Shown: positions 50,705-60,693 of the stretch, in pieces | Layout of the letters: each line of letters opens with the position of its first letter | How positions within the stretch are numbered: position 1 is the first letter of the stretch | From: an uncultured Desulfosarcina sp. | Lineage (GTDB): Bacteria > Desulfobacterota > Desulfobacteria > Desulfobacterales > Desulfosarcinaceae | DNA length: 64,000 nucleotides | Assembly (NCBI GenBank): GCA_963674945.2 | Contig: CAXXWQ010000004.1 | Coordinates: 800,001 to 864,000, forward strand | Direction: 5' to 3' | The notes under the pieces: model-generated | The model's input: the letters and a program-made list of their open reading frames with translations, nothing else | Database searches by the model: none | Told to the model about the DNA's origin: nothing | Position numbers and translations under genes: made by a program

Positions 50705-51202
50705 ATGAATAACCCTATTTTTAACCGCGCATCGATAATTCTCGTAATGGCAATAGTATTCATATTTATTTCGAATGCCAATGGCCAGGACAGTGGTCCA
50801 GACAATTACCGAGACGGGTATGGTTCTTCCGGGGCGATGGGCCAGAACCCCGATGACCTTATAAACTACGGCCACGGCATGATGAGATACGGTTTCCATG
50901 AAACGGGAATGCCGGGGGGAACCAACAAGTATCCTGGGTATTACTACAACTTGAGCGATGCTACCAAAAAGAAACTGATTGCCGAGCAGGAATCTTTCAT
51001 CAAGGAAACTGAAGATCTAAGGCAGACGATATACGAAAAAGAACTTTACCTGAAAGCCGAACTATCCAAGAAAGCGCCGGATAACGCCATCTCATTAAGT
51101 CTTCAGAAAAATATCTCTGAGGCCATGGGACAGTTCGAGCAACAGATGATCGTACATATCATCCGGATGAAAAACATAAGTCAGGAGGCCGAAAAAAAAT
51201 AA
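50705..51202 (+). CDS. Periplasmic ZraP/Spy/CpxP-like protein
   Basis: Signal peptide, Gly/Met/Tyr-rich stretch, then helical LS...FIKETEDLRQTIYEKELYLKAEL..PD. Confidence 0.7.
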   Translation: MNNPIFNRASIILVMAIVFIFISNANGQDSGPDNYRDGYGSSGAMGQNPDDLINYGHGMMRYGFHETGMPGGTNKYPGYYYNLSDATKKKLIAEQESFIKETEDLRQTIYEKELYLKAELSKKAPDNAISLSLQKNISEAMGQFEQQMIVHIIRMKNISQEAEKK

Positions 51203-51204
51203 AG

Positions 51205-52683
51205 ATGAATATTCTCCTCATTTACCCCCAGTTTCCCGATACGTTTTGGTCTTTTTCGCATGCATTGCGTTTCATCGGTAAGAAGGCGGCTTTTCCGCCA
51301 CTTGGCCTGCTCACCGTTGCGGCCCTTCTTCCGGCAACATGGTCTTTGCGCCTTGTGGACATGAACGTGAACGATATAACCGATGATGATCTTGCCTGGG
51401 CCGATATGGCTTTTCTCAGCGCCATGGCGGTCCAGCGAAAATCGACTGCCGGTATCATCGCGCGATGCCAAGGCAGGGGATTGACGATCGTAGCCGGCGG
51501 ACCGCTTTTTACGGCGGAGCCGGATGCCTTCGGGCAGGTGGACCACCTGGTTTTAGACGAGGCCGAAATGACTCTGCCGGTTTTTGTTGCAGAACTAGAA
51601 AATGGCTGTCCTCAAAAAATTTACCGGGCAAACGGCTATCCCGACGTCCACCAGACCCCCATTCCACTATGGCGCTTGATTCACATGAATCGCTATGCAT
51701 CCTTGAACATTCAGTATTCCAGAGGGTGCCCGTTCAACTGCGATTTTTGCAATATCACAAGTCTTTTCGGCAGCACGCCGCGAACAAAAGCGCCGCCTCA
51801 GGTCCTTGCGGAGTTGGATGTCATTTATCAGACCGGCTGGCGCGGCAATATCTTTTTTGTGGACGACAATTTTATCGGCAATAAAGGCTCGCTGAAGAAG
51901 CAGTTGCTCCCGGCCCTGATCGAATGGCGCAAGGACAAAAAAGGATGCGTTTTTTTTACGGAATCTTCCATCAACCTGGCCGATGACCCGGATTTGATGA
52001 CCCTGATGGCCGATGCCGGATTCGATTCCGTATTTATCGGCATCGAATCGCCGGATGAGAACAGCCTCAAGGAGTGTCACAAGGATCACAATAAAAACCG
52101 TGATATGCTGCTGGATGTAAAAAAGATACACCGCTCCGGTATGCAGGTCATGGGTGGGTTCATTGTCGGCTTCGACAGCGATACGCCCTCGATTTTTCAA
52201 CGACAGATTGATTTTATCCAGCAAAGCGGCATTGTGACGGCCATGGTCGGTATGCTTCAGGCGGCGCCCGGAACCCGTCTGTTCAATCGTCTTTTGGATG
52301 AGCGGCGTGTATGCGAAGACTTCTCCGGGGATAATGTAGACGGCCGGACCAATATTATCCCTGCCATGGGGTTGGACAACCTGATCGATGGGTACCGGGC
52401 GATTATGCGGCAGATCTATTCTCCCCGCAAATACTACCAGCGGATCAGATCCATTTTAAAAGAACTCACGGTGCCGGCGGTGACCGTTCCTATAGATTGG
52501 CAGCGATTTCTGGCGTTTTTCCGTGCCTGCCTGCGGCTGGGCGTATTGGGCAAAGAGAGATTCCAATACTGGTATCTGTTGATCTGGACCCTGGCGCGGA
52601 GGCCCAGGTTGTTACCGTTGGCAGTTACACTGTCCATCTACGGTTACCATTACCGGAGGATTTGCGAGTTGCATATCCTTTAA
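51205..52683 (+). CDS. Cobalamin-binding radical SAM protein (DUF4070/HpnP-like architecture)
   Basis: PPLGLLTVAA, VAGGP, SRGCPFNCDFC, FVDDNFIG, GFIVGFD. Confidence 0.88.
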   Translation: MNILLIYPQFPDTFWSFSHALRFIGKKAAFPPLGLLTVAALLPATWSLRLVDMNVNDITDDDLAWADMAFLSAMAVQRKSTAGIIARCQGRGLTIVAGGPLFTAEPDAFGQVDHLVLDEAEMTLPVFVAELENGCPQKIYRANGYPDVHQTPIPLWRLIHMNRYASLNIQYSRGCPFNCDFCNITSLFGSTPRTKAPPQVLAELDVIYQTGWRGNIFFVDDNFIGNKGSLKKQLLPALIEWRKDKKGCVFFTESSINLADDPDLMTLMADAGFDSVFIGIESPDENSLKECHKDHNKNRDMLLDVKKIHRSGMQVMGGFIVGFDSDTPSIFQRQIDFIQQSGIVTAMVGMLQAAPGTRLFNRLLDERRVCEDFSGDNVDGRTNIIPAMGLDNLIDGYRAIMRQIYSPRKYYQRIRSILKELTVPAVTVPIDWQRFLAFFRACLRLGVLGKERFQYWYLLIWTLARRPRLLPLAVTLSIYGYHYRRICELHIL

Positions 52684-52779
52684 GCAAGGGAAGCAAGAAT
52701 CCGTATAGATTAAATGGTATCCGCTCTGAACGAACAAGCAACAATGAAGCTGATCGGTTCATTAATTAGGAGAAAAGTT

Positions 52780-53829
52780 ATGACTGAAGAGAATCAATCC
52801 CGGGGGGAATCCATACCGACGTTGGATGAGGTGCTGAATAAAATTCTACAGCAGTTTAAAAGATTCAAAGACGGTCCGATATACATTCTTGTTGCTGGTT
52901 TGGTAGTGGTTGTCTTATGGACCGCATGGTTCACCGTCCAACCGGAGGAGACGGGGATTGTACAGCGCTTCGGCAAGGTCATGCGCACGGCCGGTCCGGG
53001 TCTGCATTTCAAATTACCATATGGTATCGAAAAGGTCCGTCTGCTGCCCACGGCTCGGGTGCTTAAAGAAGAGTTCGGGTTTCGGACAGTCTCGGTTTCC
53101 ACCGTTCCCGGTGAAAAAACCCGCTATGATACGCGCGGTGAATATAAAGACGAGTCGCTGATGCTTACCGGCGACTTAAATGTCATCGATGTCCAGTGGA
53201 TCATCCAATATCGCATCGAAGATCCGATACGCTACCTGTTTCAGGTCCGCGACACATCGAAAACAATCCGTGACACTACCGAGGCGGTCATGCGCCGTGC
53301 GGTCGGCAACCGTCTGGGCAGCGATGTATTGACCACCGGACGGGTGGCGGTGGCCAGTGAGGCCAAAACCGAAATCCAGAAAATCCTGACAACCTATGAG
53401 TCCGGAGTGCGTCTGGTGACCGTTGAACTTCAGGACGTAACGCCGCCGGATACCGTAAAACCTGCCTTTAATGAAGTCAACGAATCGCGCCAGGACAGAG
53501 AGCGAACGATCAATAAAGCCCAGGAACAGGCCAACCGGGAAATCCCCAAAGCCCGAGGGGTGGCTACGCAAAGCATCAGCGAGGCCGAAGGTTACGCACT
53601 GGAACGCGTAAACCGGGCCCAAGGAGAGGCCACCCGTTTTGAGGCCATTTTAGGGCAATACGAACAGGCTCCGCAGGTCACGCGCCGGCGGCTGTATCTG
53701 GAGGCCATGACCGGCTTCCTGTCAGACATGAAAGGGCTCTATATTGTGGATAAGGACCAAAAGGCAATGGTGCCCTGGCTCCCATTGGAATCCGGTGCAC
53801 AACCATCAACAGAAGGGAGGCAGCCATGA
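52780..53829 (+). CDS. hflK: FtsH modulator HflK
   Basis: SPFH domain MLTGDLN, VKPAFNEV, AEGY..RVNRAQGEA.RF, RRRLYLE. Confidence 0.93.
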   Translation: MTEENQSRGESIPTLDEVLNKILQQFKRFKDGPIYILVAGLVVVVLWTAWFTVQPEETGIVQRFGKVMRTAGPGLHFKLPYGIEKVRLLPTARVLKEEFGFRTVSVSTVPGEKTRYDTRGEYKDESLMLTGDLNVIDVQWIIQYRIEDPIRYLFQVRDTSKTIRDTTEAVMRRAVGNRLGSDVLTTGRVAVASEAKTEIQKILTTYESGVRLVTVELQDVTPPDTVKPAFNEVNESRQDRERTINKAQEQANREIPKARGVATQSISEAEGYALERVNRAQGEATRFEAILGQYEQAPQVTRRRLYLEAMTGFLSDMKGLYIVDKDQKAMVPWLPLESGAQPSTEGRQP

Positions 53830-54812
53830 AGTTTACCTTGAGAGCAGTAATCATCACGATAACGGTGGTGATCGTTATTGTACTTTATGGCGGTCTATAT
53901 ACATTGGAAGAGGGGCTGCAGGCCATTGTCGTGCAGTTTGGCCGACCAGTTGGGGAACCGGTAACCGAGGCGGGGCTGCACATGAAACTGCCCTTTGTGC
54001 AGGAGGTCCGACGATTCGAAAAGCGTCTGCTGGTCTGGGACGGTGATCCGAACCAGGTTCCCACCAAGGGGCGCGAGTTCATCTGGGTGGATACAACCGC
54101 CCGATGGCGGATTGCCGACGCGAAGAAATTTCTGGAGAATGTAGCCAGCGAAGAAGGGGCCCAGTCGCGTTTGAACGATATTCTCGATTCGGTGGTGCGC
54201 GACCAAGTGTCGAGCAGCGAACTTGTGGAACTCGTGCGTAGCGCATCGTGGGAAGTACCTGAGGGCGAGGCCCTGAAGGAGATCCCAAAGGAGCGCGAAG
54301 AGGAGCTTAAAAGGGAGATTGCCCGTGGCAGGGAGGAGATCACCCGAACGATACTGACTGAAGCACGAAAGATCATCCCGCAATACGGCATCGAACTGGT
54401 GGATGTGCGTATCAAGCGCCTGGATTACGTCGAAAGTGTCCGCGAAAAGGTCTATGAGCGCATGATCTCCGAGCGTAAACGGATCGCCGCGCAGTTTCGC
54501 TCCGAAGGTGAAGGACGCAGCGCCGAGATCCTCGGTACAATGGAAAAAGAGCTTCGCCAAATCCGCTCAACAGCCTACCGCCGGGTGCAGGAGGTCCAAG
54601 GCGAAGCCGACGCTGAGGCTACGCAAATCTATGGCCAAGCTTTCAATAAAAATCCAGAATTCTATGCTTTTTTGCGCACCCTTGAAAGCTACAAGGAGAA
54701 AACCAATATGAACTCCGTTTTGATTCTCACGACGGACAGTGATTTTTATCAATACATTAAAAACGCCGATCCAAGCAAGGTGAGGATCCCATCGGACCCT
54801 ATTCACGAGTAG
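53826..54812 (+). CDS. hflC: FtsH modulator HflC
   Basis: VVQFGRP, GIELVDVRIKR, RMISERKRIA.FRSEG, PEFYAFLRTLESY. Confidence 0.93.
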   Translation: MKFTLRAVIITITVVIVIVLYGGLYTLEEGLQAIVVQFGRPVGEPVTEAGLHMKLPFVQEVRRFEKRLLVWDGDPNQVPTKGREFIWVDTTARWRIADAKKFLENVASEEGAQSRLNDILDSVVRDQVSSSELVELVRSASWEVPEGEALKEIPKEREEELKREIARGREEITRTILTEARKIIPQYGIELVDVRIKRLDYVESVREKVYERMISERKRIAAQFRSEGEGRSAEILGTMEKELRQIRSTAYRRVQEVQGEADAEATQIYGQAFNKNPEFYAFLRTLESYKEKTNMNSVLILTTDSDFYQYIKNADPSKVRIPSDPIHE

Positions 54813-54955
54813 ATTCGCCGCCAGCAGGAAACGTCTGGGAGTAAAACGATCTGCGGTGCGGCATTGCCGATGGCGATTACGAGGGCAAGCCCGGTTGGCT
54901 GGGTGACCGGTATTTTCATACCGGAGCGGGCAAAAACCCGTCGAAAGGAAACATC

Positions 54956-55258
54956 ATGTCAGAATACTTAGAATCCAAGGATATCAAACAATTAATGGCC
55001 GAGGCCGATGAACTGATGAAACGGATTGATGCCGATGCCATTAAAAACTTGAAAGAGGAGCATCGCCTGAAAGTTGAAACAAATGCGCAACACCTGAAAA
55101 AGATCAAATCAGCAGTTCAGGACAAGATCGAAAAGAAAAGTACCTCCAAAGAAGACAACGGTGCCGAGGGCATGCACGAAGCGTTTCAAGAGATTTCGAA
55201 GGCCATGGGTGAATTGAAAAAATATCTCTCCGGAGATCGAGCGGGCGCCGTTAAATAA
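54956..55258 (+). CDS. Hypothetical helical protein
   Basis: 100 aa, AAAGGA RBS, between hflC and ftsH. Confidence 0.7.
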   Translation: MSEYLESKDIKQLMAEADELMKRIDADAIKNLKEEHRLKVETNAQHLKKIKSAVQDKIEKKSTSKEDNGAEGMHEAFQEISKAMGELKKYLSGDRAGAVK

Positions 55259-55277
55259 AAGACGGAGAAATAAATAA

Positions 55278-57236
55278 ATGCCATCCAATGGAAATAAAGA
55301 TCCGCTCGGCAACCTGACCGACAAGCTGCAATCGTTTTTCGGCTTCAAGAATCAAATGAAAAACAAGAACACGTTGCCGCCGAAGAGGCGTTTCACCATC
55401 TGGCATTTTCTCTTGGCCATGCTTTTTTTTTCCTATGTACAGCAGTTTTTCTTTTCCGCAAACGTGGAGACGATCCCGTACAGTCAGTTCAAACAGGCCA
55501 TCGCCGACGGTACCGCGGTCAAATTGATCATCGGACCGGATATTATTACTGGAACACTGAAAGGTTCCACCGATCAAGCGTTCAAGACCGTTCGAGTCGA
55601 CGATCCCGGCCTGGCGAAGGAGCTGGATGAGCGCAACATCGGTTATTCGGGACAATACGAAAATAAATTTCTGGGCGGCCTTCTCTCCTGGGTTATCCCC
55701 TTGGGCTTTTTTTTCCTAATCTGGCGATTTGCCATGAAAAAGATGGGAACGGGGATGGGGGTGATGTCTTTCAGCAAAAGCAAGGCCAAGATTTTCGCCG
55801 AGAGCGAGACCAAGGTCACGTTCGAAGACGCCGCCGGCATCGACGAAGCCAAGGAAGAACTCCATGAGGTGGTTGAATTTTTGAGCACCCCGGAAAAATC
55901 CCAGAAACTGGGAGGGCGTATACCCAAAGGGGTGCTTCTGGTTGGCCCGCCGGGAACCGGCAAAACCCTTCTTGCCAGGGCGGTGGCCGGGGAAGCCAAA
56001 GTGCCTTTCTTCAGCATCAGCGGGTCCGAGTTTGTGGAAATGTTTGTCGGTGTGGGTGCGGCCCGTGTTCGCGATCTTTTCTCCCAGGCCGCGGCGCAAG
56101 CGCCCTGTATTATCTTCATCGACGAGTTGGACGCTTTAGGCAAGGCGCGGGGCATGAATGTGATGGGCGGCCATGACGAACGCGAGCAGACGCTTAACCA
56201 GCTCCTTGTGGAGATGGATGGATTCGAAACAAATAAAGGGGTCATCATCATGGCCGCTACCAACCGGCCGGAAATTCTCGATCCGGCGTTGCTTCGGCCG
56301 GGGCGGTTCGATCGGCAGGTCCTGGTGGACCGGCCGGACATCAATGGCCGGGAAGCCATCTTGAAAATCCATTCCAAAAATGTGGTCTTGGGTCCCGAAG
56401 TCGACCTGCGCCTGATCGCCGGCCGCACCCCGGGTTTTGTGGGCGCGGACCTGGCCAACATCATCAATGAAGCCGCGCTACTGGCTGCCCGGAACAACAA
56501 GGAAATGGTCGAGCTGACGGATTTCGACGAGGCCATCGATCGGGTGGTGGCGGGGCTTCAGAAAAAGAACAGGGTAATGAGTCCCAAGGAGAAGGAAATT
56601 GTCGCCTTCCATGAGTCCGGACACGCGATCGTGGCCGAGTCTGTCGAGCATGCCGACCCGGTGCATAAGATTTCGATCATTCCCAGAGGGATAGCGGCGC
56701 TCGGCTACACCCAGCAGCAGCCGACCGAGGACCGTTATTTGATGACCCGTGCGGAGTTGCTGGATCGGTTGGCCGTCCTTTTGGGCGGTCGCGTGGCCGA
56801 AGAACTGGTATTTAACGAAATTTCCACCGGGGCACAGAATGACCTGCAACGGGCGACGGACATCGCCCGTTCCATGGTCGCGGAATATGGTATGAGCGAT
56901 CGTTTGGGCCTGGTGAGTTATGAGCGCCCGCGCCAGGCGATGTTTCTTCCGGAAGGTTTTTCTCCCGCGAAACTGTATAGTGAAGCCAAAGCCGCACAGA
57001 TCGATGAAGAGGTCACACGGTTTATCGATGAGGCTCATCAGCGTGTGCGAAAAATCCTCTCGGAACTCCGACCCGTTCTCGATGATCTGGCCCGTCTCCT
57101 TTCGCAGAATGAAAGTGTGCAGGGAGATGAACTCAGGCAAATGCTTTCAGCCGCCACACCCGGAACGGAATCTTCATTGCCCGTTGAGCCGCCTCGAGAC
57201 ATCGCCGGAAAAACGCATGAAGAAAAAAGCGATTAG
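55278..57236 (+). CDS. ftsH: ATP-dependent zinc metalloprotease FtsH
   Basis: Two TM segments, [30 protein letters not shown]. Confidence 0.97.
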   Translation: MPSNGNKDPLGNLTDKLQSFFGFKNQMKNKNTLPPKRRFTIWHFLLAMLFFSYVQQFFFSANVETIPYSQFKQAIADGTAVKLIIGPDIITGTLKGSTDQAFKTVRVDDPGLAKELDERNIGYSGQYENKFLGGLLSWVIPLGFFFLIWRFAMKKMGTGMGVMSFSKSKAKIFAESETKVTFEDAAGIDEAKEELHEVVEFLSTPEKSQKLGGRIPKGVLLVGPPGTGKTLLARAVAGEAKVPFFSISGSEFVEMFVGVGAARVRDLFSQAAAQAPCIIFIDELDALGKARGMNVMGGHDEREQTLNQLLVEMDGFETNKGVIIMAATNRPEILDPALLRPGRFDRQVLVDRPDINGREAILKIHSKNVVLGPEVDLRLIAGRTPGFVGADLANIINEAALLAARNNKEMVELTDFDEAIDRVVAGLQKKNRVMSPKEKEIVAFHESGHAIVAESVEHADPVHKISIIPRGIAALGYTQQQPTEDRYLMTRAELLDRLAVLLGGRVAEELVFNEISTGAQNDLQRATDIARSMVAEYGMSDRLGLVSYERPRQAMFLPEGFSPAKLYSEAKAAQIDEEVTRFIDEAHQRVRKILSELRPVLDDLARLLSQNESVQGDELRQMLSAATPGTESSLPVEPPRDIAGKTHEEKSD

Positions 57237-57373
57237 CAGAATCCGCTTTACCCCTTCCACGGCCTCTTTCAGGTCAGATAAGGTGGTGCTACGGTCAGAA
57301 CAACCAACAACCCTGATGGCCAGAATGCGGAACTCTCCATTGGGGCAAACCAAATCCCGCAAAAACGAGGTGT

Positions 57374-57817
57374 ATGATGGCACTAATAAGATGGAATCCC
57401 TGGCGAGAAATCGAAGAAATGGCTGATCGCTATACAAAAGCGGTCGGGCAAGCTCAGACCGGCGGCCAAGAGGTCGTCGCCACAGGCGACTGGGCACCTC
57501 GGGTAGACATCGCAGAGACCGACAACGCCTTCGAGATCAAGGTGGAGCTTCCTGAAGTCAAGAAGGAGGACGTCAAAGTAACTGTTTACAATGGTGTCCT
57601 TACGCTTCGGGGGGAAAGAAAACAGGAAAAAGAAGAGCATGGGAAAAAATTCCACCGCATCGAGCGAAAATACGGGAGTTTCACCCGTAGCTTCACCTTG
57701 CCCGACAACGTCGATGAGACCGACATTAAGGCTGCGTTCAAGGATGGCATATTGAATCTCCAGATTAAAAAAACCGAGGAGTCAAAACCCAAAGCCATCG
57801 AAGTCAATGTGCAGTAA
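57374..57817 (+). CDS. Hsp20 small heat-shock protein
   Basis: WAPRVDIAET, ELPEV, GVLTLRGER, YGSFTRSFTLP, AFKDGIL, IEVNV tail. Confidence 0.96.
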   Translation: MMALIRWNPWREIEEMADRYTKAVGQAQTGGQEVVATGDWAPRVDIAETDNAFEIKVELPEVKKEDVKVTVYNGVLTLRGERKQEKEEHGKKFHRIERKYGSFTRSFTLPDNVDETDIKAAFKDGILNLQIKKTEESKPKAIEVNVQ

Positions 57818-57977
57818 AAAAACGGAGGTTCCAACCACCGACTGAATCTGGGAGAAGCGATCGCTTTTCCCAGGCAGTTGGCCGTTCATCCGTTTTTATA
57901 GAAAATGCAGGTTTCATCCAGGGTCCGGCAAGCGATACCGGAACGCTGAGAGAAAGGGCAGTCCTGCTCGGACGTGA

Positions 57978-59153
57978 ATGATTCCAAACAATCAGATTAC
58001 CTTGCTGCAAAACGGAGAAACTTATTTTCCGGCGCTCGAGGCAGCCATCGATCGGGCGAAGCATGAAATCTATCTGGAGACCTATATCTTCGAGAATGAC
58101 ACTACCGGCCGCCGCATCGCCGAAACACTCAAACAGGCGGCCTTGCGTGGTGTAAAAACCCATGTGCTGATGGATGGATTCGGTTCAATCGGTTTTCCTA
58201 AAACCATGATCGATAGCCTCGAGGCGGCCGGCGTAAGGGTGCTGAAATTCCGGCCCAAGACATCCCCATGGACGCTGCGGCGGCGACGGTTGCGTCGATT
58301 GCATCGCAAAATTGTGGTCGTGGACCGGATGATCGCATTTGTCGGAGGCATCAATATTATCGATTATATGGACATTCATGGTCAAACATCGACGCGCTTC
58401 GATTACGCGGTAAGCGTGGAAGGGCCGCTGGTAGAACAAATACATGAATCCGCTCGCCGGGTTTGGTCGCGCGTGGCCTGGACCCGCCTGCCTCCGGGTT
58501 GGGATGAGGACAATGACAGACATGTTCCTTCATCTGGACCCAAGGGCCGGATGCGCTCGGCTTTTCTGGTGCGCAACAACATCCGCCACCGACGCGATAT
58601 CGAAGATGCCTATCTTCAGGCGATCGATCAGGCGCGATACGAAATTATTCTTGCCAATGCCTATTTTTTGCCCGGATTGAATTTCCGGCATGCGCTTTTG
58701 GATGCGGCCGGGCGGGGTGTCCGGGTGGTTCTTCTGTTGCAGGGAAGGATGGATCACCCATTGCTGCATTCTGCCTCGCATGCCTTATATGGCAGTTTTC
58801 TCGACGCCGGCATCGAGATCCATGAATACCACAAAAGCCTGATGCACGCCAAAGTCGCCGTGATCGATGAGCATTGGGCCACGGTGGGATCTTCAAATCT
58901 CGACCCTTTCAGCCTGCTGCTTTCACTTGAAGCAAATGTTGTCGTTGACGATGAAAGTTTTGCTACCAAATTAAAACATAGCCTGGAACAGGCCATCAAG
59001 ATGGGTGCGCGGCGGATAAGTGAGGGTTGCTGGAGAACGAAATCCATCAAACTGCGTCTGGTGAGTTGGCTAAGTTATGGCGTGGTGCGATTCATGATCG
59101 GAATCGCCGGGTACGCCCCGGGGAAAAAACCGGGGCAAGTAAGGCGGAGATAA
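57978..59153 (+). CDS. clsB: Cardiolipin synthase B (PLD family)
   Basis: Two HKD motifs (LHRKIVVVD, MHAKVAVID); no N-terminal TM anchor. Confidence 0.9.
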   Translation: MIPNNQITLLQNGETYFPALEAAIDRAKHEIYLETYIFENDTTGRRIAETLKQAALRGVKTHVLMDGFGSIGFPKTMIDSLEAAGVRVLKFRPKTSPWTLRRRRLRRLHRKIVVVDRMIAFVGGINIIDYMDIHGQTSTRFDYAVSVEGPLVEQIHESARRVWSRVAWTRLPPGWDEDNDRHVPSSGPKGRMRSAFLVRNNIRHRRDIEDAYLQAIDQARYEIILANAYFLPGLNFRHALLDAAGRGVRVVLLLQGRMDHPLLHSASHALYGSFLDAGIEIHEYHKSLMHAKVAVIDEHWATVGSSNLDPFSLLLSLEANVVVDDESFATKLKHSLEQAIKMGARRISEGCWRTKSIKLRLVSWLSYGVVRFMIGIAGYAPGKKPGQVRRR

Positions 59154-59178
59154 ACGACATTATGCTGACTCCGGAAAC

Positions 59179-60462
59179 ATGATGAAAACCTACAAAGATA
59201 TAAAATCGGCAGCGACCATCGATGCCATCATCGACTATGTTGAACCACTGCTTGATATTCGTTTCAAGCGTGTTAAAAAAAATCGGTATAATGCCCCATG
59301 CCCGTTCCACGCCGACACCAAAGAGAATTTCATGGTGTACGTCAATAAAGAGGATGAGGTCCGTTTCCATTGTTTCGGTGCCTGTAAGGGCGATTGGGAC
59401 ATTACCGACCTGATCATGCTGCGGAATAAATATCCGTTCCAAAGGGCGCAGCAGGTTTGGGCCGAGCATCTGGGGTTCGTGGATTTCACGTTTGATGATG
59501 GCCGCAGCCCTTCTATTCCTGAACCTGATGAAACACCGGAGCCCGATGAACCGATTTGTTTTGTCGAACCGAAAAAACTTGACCAACAGATGGTTGCCAC
59601 CCTGGACGATGCCGCCACCTTCTACCATAAACTGTTGATGTCAAATGAGGAGCGGTTCAGGACTGTTTGGGATTATCTTGCCCGCCGGGGTGTCGGAAAA
59701 GAGACCATCCGCGCGTTCAACATCGGCTACGCTCCGCCATACAGCGATGAAAAGCACCATGGCCGGTCACTCATCACCGATATCTTGCCACGGGTTGAAA
59801 CGGATCCTGGTATTTTCAATGCATTCTCGGATGCTGGATTGGTCAGATTCTTGAACGATGGATCTGTGAAGGGATACGGATACTATTGCCGGCAGATCGA
59901 TTTCAGACGGAAAGATCCGTTCTCAAGAAATTACGGTGATTATTTCGCCGGAAAAATTGTGTTTCCTATATATGATGCAGCCGCCGATGTGAGCGGAATG
60001 GTCGGTAGGTGCCTGGAAGATAGGGGCGTTCGCTGGCTCAAGCACCAGGCCAGAGAAGTTCCGCTGTCTGCCAAAAGCCGGCTTTACGGCATCGAAAAGG
60101 CCGCGCCGTATATCCGGAAGTACCGGACGATCATCCTGGTGGAGGGCCTTTTTGATTACTTTGACTTTTACAATCTGCTCCAAGGCCAGGACAAACTGGT
60201 GGTGGTATCGACATTGGGTTCCTATCTCACTCCCCAAGCGGCGACCATTCTCAAAAGCCTTGAGATCGAGAACTATATTGCCGCCTACGACTGGGACGAA
60301 CTCGGCAGAAACGGCATCGAACGGACGGCGGTCCAATCAGGCGGGTGGGTCTATTACCTTGGCGGTCCGGCAGACGGTCAGGACCCCTACGACAAACTGG
60401 AGCCGGTGGTCAGCGCCATCAGCGGATTTCCCCTGAAACAGATTCGGACTGAAGCGCCATGA
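59179..60462 (+). CDS. DnaG-like primase (CHC2 zinc finger + TOPRIM) without the helicase-binding domain
   Basis: CPFH..T...FHCFGAC, YLARRG, IGYAP, IVFPI, LVEGLFD, YDWDELG. Confidence 0.8.
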   Translation: MMKTYKDIKSAATIDAIIDYVEPLLDIRFKRVKKNRYNAPCPFHADTKENFMVYVNKEDEVRFHCFGACKGDWDITDLIMLRNKYPFQRAQQVWAEHLGFVDFTFDDGRSPSIPEPDETPEPDEPICFVEPKKLDQQMVATLDDAATFYHKLLMSNEERFRTVWDYLARRGVGKETIRAFNIGYAPPYSDEKHHGRSLITDILPRVETDPGIFNAFSDAGLVRFLNDGSVKGYGYYCRQIDFRRKDPFSRNYGDYFAGKIVFPIYDAAADVSGMVGRCLEDRGVRWLKHQAREVPLSAKSRLYGIEKAAPYIRKYRTIILVEGLFDYFDFYNLLQGQDKLVVVSTLGSYLTPQAATILKSLEIENYIAAYDWDELGRNGIERTAVQSGGWVYYLGGPADGQDPYDKLEPVVSAISGFPLKQIRTEAP

Positions 60463-60693
60463 AAAAAGACATCTTTCGGCCGGCACCGGAAATAAATACG
60501 GGTGATCATCGCAATGGGCAACGACGACCCATGTGCATTCATAAATGGAAGAATAGATTGAAACTCAAGGAAATTGAGAGGATTTATGTGGTTTATCATT
60601 GTAATTCTCGTTAGCCTTGCGATTTATCTTATGCTTCAGTAGTCAACATCAACAGCGATGATAGCGATGTCATTGTCTATGAGGACATAAATT

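Noticed and set aside
51205..52683. Calling the radical SAM gene hpnP
   Set aside because: The architecture is shared by many uncharacterised proteins and no hopanoid genes are in the window
55643..57140. Long minus-strand ORFs (297 aa and 220 aa)
   Set aside because: Antisense to ftsH in GC-rich coding sequence; no motifs
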